DNA of 32,000 bases from Wigglesworthia glossinidia endosymbiont of Glossina morsitans morsitans (Yale colony) (GTDB taxonomy: Bacteria; Pseudomonadota; Gammaproteobacteria; Enterobacterales; Enterobacteriaceae). Positions 1 to 7,567 of the stretch are shown piece by piece; the first letter of the stretch is position 1, and every line of letters starts with the position of its first letter. The position numbers were made by a program, and so were the translations under genes. The DNA lies in contig NC_016893.1 in NCBI RefSeq assembly GCF_000247565.1, forward strand, positions 450,001 to 482,000. Reading direction: 5' to 3'. Under the pieces are notes generated by a model. That model worked only from the letters and a program-made list of their open reading frames with translations. It did not search any database and had not been told where the DNA came from.

Positions 1-1
1 T

Positions 2-247
2 TACATAAATTATATTTTACAAAAATTATTTTTTAGATCCGAATTGATTCTGATAGATTTTAAGTTAGAATTTGGTTTGTTTAATGGAATTCTGACATTG
101 GGAGATGAATTTTCTTTGGATAATAGTCGAGTTTGGGAAAAAAAAACATTTAAAAAAATGGATAAAGATATTTTTAGAGATAATCTAAACTACGATATTG
201 TAGAGTGTTATCAAAAAGTAGCAGAAAAAATTGGATGTTTTATTTAA
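2..247 (+). CDS. purC: Phosphoribosylaminoimidazole-succinocarboxamide synthase, C-terminal part (gene runs off the left edge)
   Basis: The frame is open from base 2 ([62 protein letters not shown]...). It matches the PurC C-terminus [45 protein letters not shown]. The ORF-track start at 44 is an internal TTG. Confidence 0.93.
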   Translation, partial: YINYILQKLFFRSELILIDFKLEFGLFNGILTLGDEFSLDNSRVWEKKTFKKMDKDIFRDNLNYDIVECYQKVAEKIGCFI

Positions 248-289
248 TTTGATAAAATTAAAATTAACTTGTTGTACAAATAAATACGT

Positions 290-1546
290 TTACAATTTTA
301 GCCTTTTAATATTTGCACCTAAATTTTTAAGTTTTTTTTCAATACAGTCATATCCTCGATCGATATGTGAAACACAATCTACTATTGTAACGCCATCTGC
401 AATACACCCCGCAAGAATTAAACTAGCAGAAGATCTTAGATCTTTAGCAATTACTTGCGTGCCAGATAGTCGATTAACTCCATAGCAAAAAATTTTATTA
501 CTTTTAATAATTGCTTGAGCTCCCATTCTTATAAGTTCTGGAACATGCATAAATCTATTTTCAAAAATTGTTTCTGTAATAATACCCAGTCCTTTAGACA
601 CTAAATTTAGCAAAGTAAATTGCGCTTGCATATCTGTTGGAAATCCAGGATACGGTTCTGTTTTTATTTCTACAGCTCGGGGTCTTTTTCCATGCATATC
701 CAATTTAATCCAATTTTTTCCTATATTAATTTTCGCACCTGCTTCATGAAGTTTTTTTAAAACAATATTTAAATTATTAGGATTAGTATCATGACATGTA
801 ATTTTTCCTCGCGATATTGCACCTGCTACTAAGAATGTGCCGGTTTCTATACGATCTGGTAAAATTCGATATACACCACCTTTTAATTTTTTTACGCCTT
901 GTATTATAATAGTTTTCGTGCCTACTCCATTTATTTTAGCACCTAATAAAATTAAAAAATTAGCTGTTTCAATTATTTCTGGCTCTCTAGCAGCATTTTC
1001 AATAATAGTCATGCCAATCGCTAAAGTTGCGGCGCTCATAACTGTAACTGTTGCGCCTACACTGATCTTTTTCATTATAATATGTGCTGAATGTAATCGC
1101 CCTTTAACATTGGCTGTAACATAACCGTCTTTAAAATAAATTTTAGCGCCAAGTTTTTTTAATCCATCAATATGTAAATCTACTGGTCTCGGGCCAATAT
1201 CGCATCCTCCAGGAAGAGAAATTTTGCCTTCCCCAAATCTAGCGAGTAAAGGTCCTAAAATCCAAATTGACGCACGTATGTTTTTAACTAATTGACATGG
1301 TGCATGATATATGTTGATGTTTCTAGCATTGACATAAATAGATTTATTTTCTTCAACTGTAGCCCCTAAGTATTTTAATAAACTTATAGCAATTTCAATA
1401 TCTTTTAACTTAGGAACGTTTTGTATTTCAATTTCTTCTTCCGATAATATTGTTGCAAATAAAATAGGCAGCGAGGAATTTTTAGAACCTGATATTATAA
1501 CGTCTCCACTTAATTTTGTTGCACCCTGTATGTAAAATTGATTCAC
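290..1546 (-). CDS. murA: UDP-N-acetylglucosamine 1-carboxyvinyltransferase
   Basis: Full-length 418 aa. Contains the catalytic-Cys loop [41 protein letters not shown] and [10 protein letters not shown]. Confidence 0.98.
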   Translation of the reverse strand: MNQFYIQGATKLSGDVIISGSKNSSLPILFATILSEEEIEIQNVPKLKDIEIAISLLKYLGATVEENKSIYVNARNINIYHAPCQLVKNIRASIWILGPLLARFGEGKISLPGGCDIGPRPVDLHIDGLKKLGAKIYFKDGYVTANVKGRLHSAHIIMKKISVGATVTVMSAATLAIGMTIIENAAREPEIIETANFLILLGAKINGVGTKTIIIQGVKKLKGGVYRILPDRIETGTFLVAGAISRGKITCHDTNPNNLNIVLKKLHEAGAKINIGKNWIKLDMHGKRPRAVEIKTEPYPGFPTDMQAQFTLLNLVSKGLGIITETIFENRFMHVPELIRMGAQAIIKSNKIFCYGVNRLSGTQVIAKDLRSSASLILAGCIADGVTIVDCVSHIDRGYDCIEKKLKNLGANIKRLKL

Positions 1547-1586
1547 GTTTTCTTATCTCTATTAATTTAATTAATAAACATAATAA

Positions 1587-1847
1587 TTACTGTTTTTTAA
1601 GATGAGTATTTTTTTTAATTTCCCATTCTTTTAGAGTATATGTGTAAACAGATATGGCATGAATGTCATTGTTTTTAATATATAATTTTAGAGGTTGATA
1701 AACTATTTGTTCTCTTTGAATACGATTTAATTTAATAAATATATCGCTAATTACAAAAATTTTGAAATATTTTCCATTGTTATCTATATGAATATTATTG
1801 CATTTTAGTGCTTTTTTAAGTATATTTTTGATTGTTTTAATTTCCAT
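1587..1847 (-). CDS. ibaG: BolA-family protein IbaG
   Basis: 86 aa. VYQPLKLYIKNNDIHAISVYTYTLKEWE matches IbaG [27 protein letters not shown]. It lies immediately upstream of murA, as in E. coli. Confidence 0.85.
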   Translation of the reverse strand: MEIKTIKNILKKALKCNNIHIDNNGKYFKIFVISDIFIKLNRIQREQIVYQPLKLYIKNNDIHAISVYTYTLKEWEIKKNTHLKKQ

Positions 1848-2397
1848 TAAACTTCCTGAATTTTTTAAAAAAAATTATTTTATTAATATTTAACTTACTC
1901 ATTTTATTATAAAATATTTAATGCATATCGAACAATAATTTTTAATATACAAAGTATTAATTTTTCTTAATATTGTGTTATAAATTTGTTACTAACGAAA
2001 AAATTTTATCAAATTTTTCTAATACAATATTCTAATATAGAATCCATTAAGTTACAAAATTGTATAATTCTACATATAGTTTATTTTTAAATGTTTAAAG
2101 AAAATTTTTTTTAATATAAATAAATTTATATGAAATATAACATTTTTAAACATATTAAAAAATAAATGCTTATTTTTTTATTTTCATGCAATAAAGAAAA
2201 ATTTTTAATTTATATTTCAAAATATATTAATTTTATAAAATTTTAAGTATAAATTAAATTTTTAAAAATATATCTTCTTAAATATTTGTATAAATAGTAC
2301 ATTATAATTAAAAACATACATCTTGTAATTAATGTATGCAATAAATATTGATAATATAAATTTTTGTTCATAATTAAATTTTATTGGGATATCGAAA

Positions 2398-3381
2398 ATG
2401 TTTAAAAATATTACAGTTTCAACTTTTGATTTTATTACATCCGGGAAAGAAATATTATCTTTAGAATTAAAAAATTTAAAACACTTACATCAATGTATTA
2501 ATCAAAATTTTCAAAAAGCCGGAGAAATTTTGTTAAATTGTAGTGGAAAAATAGTCACTATGGGTGTAGGAAAATCAGGACATATAGCTAAAAAATTAGC
2601 TGCTACATTTTCTAGTACGGGCAATCCTTCTTTTTTTATACATCCGAACGAAGCAAGTCATGGAGATTTAGGAATGTTATCATCTGGTGATATTATTATT
2701 GCATTTTCTAAATCTGGAGAATCCAACGAAATAATTATTTTAATTTCGTTTATAAAACATTTAAATATTCCCTATATTTGTATTACTGAAAATCCTTTAA
2801 GTACAGTAGCAAAATCAGCAAATGCTGTTATTTGTATTCATAAAACACAAGAAGCTTTCAATTTAGATGCGCCTACCACGAGTACAACAGCCGCATTGAT
2901 TATAGGAGATGCGTTAGCAATTTCATTATCACGTGCAAAAAATTTTAATGTTAAAGATTTTTCTTTTTTTCATCCAGGAGGATTATTAGGAAAAAAATTG
3001 TTAATGCGTGTACATGATATAATGCGTGCTAAAAATAAAATTCCGATTGTAAATTGGACTTGTTCTATTTTTAATGCCATTATAGAAATTGCAAAAAAAA
3101 ATTTTGGTACTGTAGTAGTTTTAAATGATCATAAAAAAATATTAGGCATTTTTACATCAAAAATTCTTGTTAATCTTTCTAAATCAGATTTAGATTTTAA
3201 ACATACTTCTATTAATACTGTTATGACGTCTGAATTTAAAATTATTAATCCGAATATTTTAGTTTCAGAAGCTTTAGAAGAGATGAAATTTAGTAATGTA
3301 AAATTTTTATTAGTAGCAATAAATAATTATCTTTTAGGCATAATACGTATGCGCGATATTTTACACATTGGTATATCATAA
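2398..3381 (+). CDS. kdsD: Arabinose-5-phosphate isomerase (SIS domain plus CBS domains)
   Basis: 327 aa. SIS motif VTMGVGKSGHIAKKLAATFSSTGNPSFFIHPNEASHGDLGML, followed by HPGGLLGKKLLMRVHDIM and a CBS pair. Confidence 0.93.
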   Translation: MFKNITVSTFDFITSGKEILSLELKNLKHLHQCINQNFQKAGEILLNCSGKIVTMGVGKSGHIAKKLAATFSSTGNPSFFIHPNEASHGDLGMLSSGDIIIAFSKSGESNEIIILISFIKHLNIPYICITENPLSTVAKSANAVICIHKTQEAFNLDAPTTSTTAALIIGDALAISLSRAKNFNVKDFSFFHPGGLLGKKLLMRVHDIMRAKNKIPIVNWTCSIFNAIIEIAKKNFGTVVVLNDHKKILGIFTSKILVNLSKSDLDFKHTSINTVMTSEFKIINPNILVSEALEEMKFSNVKFLLVAINNYLLGIIRMRDILHIGIS

Positions 3382-3746
3382 TTAAACTAGAACGTCGTAT
3401 TAATTAAATATTTAAAAAATTTTGATGTTATAAAAAAATTGAATATTTTCTGATTCAATTAAATATAAAATTCTTATTAAGAATCTATTTGACTACAATA
3501 ATTATGCTTATTTTTTATTTACACAACTAAAACTTTTATAATTATTTTTTTATATTTTTAGATTTTTAATCTGAATAAATTAAATAATTTGCTTTATATA
3601 ATATTTATTAACAATTTTCTTAATTTAAACAAGCATTATAAAGAAATTTAATAAATATTATATTTTTATCGAAAAAATTAAATAATATTCATTTTATATA
3701 TTAAATTTTTAAATTTTATTTTTACATTAATTTACTTAAAAAGTAT

Positions 3747-4465
3747 TTATACATTGTTGCCTAAGTAAATGTTTTGTACGTATATATTTTCTTTGATTAT
3801 TTTTGGAGAGCCTGAAGCAACTAATTTGCCTTGATTGATAATATATATACGATGACATATTGAAAAAATTTCATTTGTATTATGATCTGTAATTATTATT
3901 CCTAAATTTTTTTTACATAAAATTTTCATAATTTTTTTAATGTTAGAAATTGCAATTGGATCGACTCCGGAAAATGGTTCATCTAATAAAACAAATTTTG
4001 GTTTAATAGCAAGTGTACGTGCTATTTCTAATCTGCGTTTTTCACCTCCAGATAAAACATAACCTAGATTTTTTTGAATGTGACTAATGTTGAACTCTTC
4101 CATAAGATTCCGAGCTACTTTATATTTTTGAAGTTTATTTAAATCAGAACGATTTTGTAAAGCTATCATTAAATTATCTAATACACTTATTCCTAGTAAT
4201 ATTGCTGGTTCTTGGGGTAAGTATCCGATACCTAATCTAACACGCATATATAAAGGAAAATTACTAATGTTTTTATTATTCAGAATGATTTGACCACGAT
4301 CGGCATGTAGTACACCTGCTATTATATAAAAAGTAGTTGTTTTGCCTGCTCCATTAGGACCGGCTAGTCCTACAATTTCGTTAGAATTTACGTGCAGACT
4401 AATATTGGATATTATTTTTTTTTTTTATATGATTTAAATATATTATTAATAGTTAATTTCGACAT
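3747..4465 (-). CDS. lptB: LPS export ABC transporter ATP-binding protein LptB, interrupted by a -1 frameshift at a 12-nt poly(A) tract (coding strand)
   Basis: My translation from ATG at 4465 gives MSKLTINNIFKSYKKKK* in one frame. The next frame gives IISNISLHVNSNEIVGLAGPNGAGKTTTFYIIAGVLHADRGQIILNNKNISNFPLYMRVRLGIGYLPQEP... and continues into the 166-aa ORF of the track (LSGGEKRRLEIAR, LLDEPFSGVDP, ITDHNTNE). The concatenation covers LptB end to end. Confidence 0.92.
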
Positions 4466-4500
4466 GTTGATTAATATATGATGAAATATCAAAGTGTGTT

Positions 4501-4977
4501 TTATTTAAAAGTTAATATAGTTTGAGTTTGTTTATGATTTTGACTATTTGCTTGAATAATGTTGCTTTTCAAATTAATTGTCATGTTATCACTAAATATA
4601 TTGCCATTAATTTGCTTAAAATTGACACCTCCTGATAAAAATAAAATTTTATCTGTAATATGAAAATATATTTTCGTACAAGAGATTTGCGTAATTATTT
4701 GATTTTTTTCAATTTGTTTTAAAATAATTGGATTTCCATATCCTTCTAAAAAATTTTTTTTGTTTTTTTCTTGTAAAAGAACAATTTTATCCGCTTTAAT
4801 TATAAAATTTCTATATTTTAATTGAACATTTTTAGTAAAAACTATTTTTTTAGATTCAATATAAAATACTTGATTATATGCAAATATTTGCACTTTTTCT
4901 ATCGGTATATCATATGCTAATGATATTTGTTTGAAAAATAAAATATAAAGTAATATTAAAATTTTTTTATTTTTCAT
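4501..4977 (-). CDS. lptA: Lipopolysaccharide transport periplasmic protein LptA
   Basis: 158 aa with signal peptide (MKNKKILILLYILFFKQISLA) and OstA-like pattern. Located between lptC and lptB as in E. coli. Confidence 0.82.
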   Translation of the reverse strand: MKNKKILILLYILFFKQISLAYDIPIEKVQIFAYNQVFYIESKKIVFTKNVQLKYRNFIIKADKIVLLQEKNKKNFLEGYGNPIILKQIEKNQIITQISCTKIYFHITDKILFLSGGVNFKQINGNIFSDNMTINLKSNIIQANSQNHKQTQTILTFK

Positions 4978-5509
4978 GAAAAATAGTAGTATTTTGATTT
5001 AATGTAATAATTTTATTTTTTAAATTTCCTTGCATATTTATTCCAACAGAGCAAAAATATAAGCCATATAAAATAGTTTTTTTCTTAGATATAAAGTCTT
5101 GAGTTCTTAAATTTATTTTAAAATTTTCAGTTAATAAGCGCTTAATATACGTATGATAAAAAAAATTTTTTATTTGTACATTTCCAGATAAATTTAAATA
5201 ATCTTTTGATAAATATGCGCGTATAGATTCTATAATCCACATAGGAATGTGATGATCATCAAAAATTGTTATTATAGGATAAGAAAAAAATATATATTCA
5301 TTTTGAGACAAAAAGTGCATGTTTTGTGCGGAAATACTATATTTTAATCCTCCGTAAATCTGATTTATCGAAAGATTTGAATAATTTAATGGGCTTTTTA
5401 ACTGCATATAATAAAGTGCACATAAGCTGCGTTTAGGAATAGCAATAAATATGATAGGAACAATTAAAAAAAATAAAATTCTTATTTTATGAAATCTAAA
5501 TTGTTTCAT
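4967..5509 (-). CDS. lptC: LPS export component LptC (YrbK-like)
   Basis: 180 aa with N-terminal transmembrane segment and a diverged LptC-like body. Overlaps lptA by 11 nt. The call rests largely on synteny with lptA-lptB. Confidence 0.75.
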   Translation of the reverse strand: MKQFRFHKIRILFFLIVPIIFIAIPKRSLCALYYMQLKSPLNYSNLSINQIYGGLKYSISAQNMHFLSQNEYIFFSYPIITIFDDHHIPMWIIESIRAYLSKDYLNLSGNVQIKNFFYHTYIKRLLTENFKINLRTQDFISKKKTILYGLYFCSVGINMQGNLKNKIITLNQNTTIFHEK

Positions 5510-5732
5510 ATTTGTTTTATGATGCTTATATAAATAACTTTAAAAATTTTGTTAATATTGAAATAAATATAAAAAATTTATTTAATTTAAATGTATGATT
5601 TTGTTTCATATAAAAATTTTATAGAAACTAATATCTTTTTATATAGATATGCATATAATATTTCATTTATATATTCAAAAAAATAATCAATCCCAAAAAA
5701 TAAAGTTTAATATTTATAATTAAGAGGCATAA

Positions 5733-6026
5733 ATGAGCATTAATAGCATTAAAGCAATACAGTTTGTTGATAAAATTAATAACATTGAAAAAAAAAATAA
5801 AAATCAAATATATAAAAATAATATTATTTTAAAAAATAAAAAGCAAAAAAATCAAGATTTAATAAATTTAAGCGTACTCTTTAAGAAAATAAAAAATAAA
5901 GAAAATAATATTGATATCAATAAAATAGAAAAAATACGTATTTCTATTAATCAAGACTCTCTATGTAATGATTTAGATAAAATAGCAAACGCTTTAATTC
6001 AAGAATCTATTTTTTTATCTAAATAA
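5733..6026 (+). CDS. flgM: Anti-sigma-28 factor FlgM
   Basis: 97 aa. The C-terminus IDINKIEKIRISINQDSLCNDLDKIANALIQES matches enteric FlgM [39 protein letters not shown] Shine-Dalgarno-like sequence at 5722-5727. Confidence 0.82.
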   Translation: MSINSIKAIQFVDKINNIEKKNKNQIYKNNIILKNKKQKNQDLINLSVLFKKIKNKENNIDINKIEKIRISINQDSLCNDLDKIANALIQESIFLSK

Positions 6027-6099
6027 AAAATATTCTTATAAAGTTTTTAAAAATTTTCAATGTACAACTTTTTTGTTTATTAATAATATTATTAACTTT

Positions 6100-6966
6100 T
6101 TAATCTAGATGCATAGTGAAATCTAAAGATTTTATATTTTTTGTTAATTTACCAACAGCAATATAATCAATGCCTGTAGAGGCAATTTGAACTAAATTTT
6201 GTTTTGTAATATTTCCTGATGCTTCTAAAATTGCTTTATTGCGATTTATTTTTACTGCTTTTTTAATATTTTGATAAGAAAAATTGTCTAGCATAATAAT
6301 GTCTGTTTTAGCATCTAATGCTTCTTGAAGTTCTTCTAAATTCTCTACTTCTACTTCTATAGGGAGATGAGGAAAATTTAATTTTGCAGTATTCACTAGA
6401 TCTTTAATTGATCGAGAATATTTAATGTGATTATCTTTAATTAAGATACTATCAAATAAGCCCATCCGATGATTGCATGCGCCTCCACATAAAACTGCAT
6501 ATTTTAGTGCATATCTTAATCCAGGTACTGTTTTTCTAGTATCTCGTAATTTTACGTTTGTTTTTTCTAAAAGTTTTACATAACTTTTTACTTTAGTAGA
6601 TACTCCAGATAAAGTTTGAAGAAAATTTAACGCTACTCTTTCTCCAATTAAAATAGTTTGCGCTGGTCCATGTATATTACAAATTAATTGATTTTTTTTT
6701 ATTTTATCTCCGTCTGATACGTACCAATGAATTTTTATGTTTTTTTCTATTTGTTGAAATACTTCTTCGAACCATTTTGTACCGCATAGCACTCCTTCGT
6801 CTTGCGTAAATACATTCGCTACAGTATTATGATTATGCATTAATAAAGAACTGGTAATGTCAGAATTCACATCTAATTCTTTCCCAAGATCTTCTATTAA
6901 AGCATTTTTAACGGATAAAAATATATTTTTTTTTATTTTTTTAATAAAACTTTTATTTTTAATCAT
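6100..6966 (-). CDS. nadC: Nicotinate-nucleotide pyrophosphorylase (quinolinate phosphoribosyltransferase)
   Basis: 288 aa. RKTVPGLRYALKYAVLCGGACNHRMGLFDSILIKDNH, EVEVENLEELQEAL and LEASGNI...GIDYIAVGKLTK. Confidence 0.97.
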   Translation of the reverse strand: MIKNKSFIKKIKKNIFLSVKNALIEDLGKELDVNSDITSSLLMHNHNTVANVFTQDEGVLCGTKWFEEVFQQIEKNIKIHWYVSDGDKIKKNQLICNIHGPAQTILIGERVALNFLQTLSGVSTKVKSYVKLLEKTNVKLRDTRKTVPGLRYALKYAVLCGGACNHRMGLFDSILIKDNHIKYSRSIKDLVNTAKLNFPHLPIEVEVENLEELQEALDAKTDIIMLDNFSYQNIKKAVKINRNKAILEASGNITKQNLVQIASTGIDYIAVGKLTKNIKSLDFTMHLD

Positions 6967-7567
6967 TACAGTTTAGAATTTTATAGAAAAACGAAATTAT
7001 TCAAAATATATTATTCGAATATAGTTTAAAAATTAGTGTATACGATGCTTCATATAATACTTTTGATATATATATTTTTTAATAAATGTTCAAATATTTA
7101 TATGATATTTAAATTTAATATTAATTTAAAATAGTTTAATATTATAAACTATATTTTGAATATACTCAATAAATTATCCTAAAATATTGTTTGTATAATT
7201 TTTAGTAAATATCACTAAATATAATTACTTGTTAACCTATATCAAATTAAACGACGAAGCATAATTTATACAGATATTAATTCTTATTTGATATTTTTGT
7301 TTTTTTATAAATAGAATTTAGTTTAACAGTATTTAAATAATTAATATTGATAAGTTATATTATTCTTTGTAAATATATTTTTAATTTTTTTTCATAATCA
7401 TTTAGTTAAATTAATTTCTTGTATCACATAGATATCTGCATAAAATATAAATATTAATGTTAATAATTGCTAAAAAATATAAAATATATATATTAATAAT
7501 AACATTCATAATTTGACATTGATATAAATAAGATAAAATTTTCTAAAAATTTTAGGAGCATTCAATT

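Noticed and set aside
231-485. Plus-strand 84-aa ORF
   Set aside because: It lies mostly antisense to the conserved 3' end of murA, with no recognisable domain. The same applies to 837-1124 (+), also antisense to murA.
3747-4247. Treating the 166-aa ORF as a complete small ABC-type ATPase
   Set aside because: The P-loop (GPNGAGKTTT) and the rest of the N-terminus are encoded in frame directly upstream. The listed start is only the first internal Met the caller accepted.
5701-5733. Perfect sigma-28 -35-like box TAAAGTTT at 5701-5708, upstream of flgM
   Set aside because: At the expected 11-nt spacing the -10 position reads TTAAGAGG, not GCCGATAA-like. TAAAGTTT is also likely by chance in such AT-rich DNA. 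Worth a 5'-end mapping experiment but not callable as a promoter.
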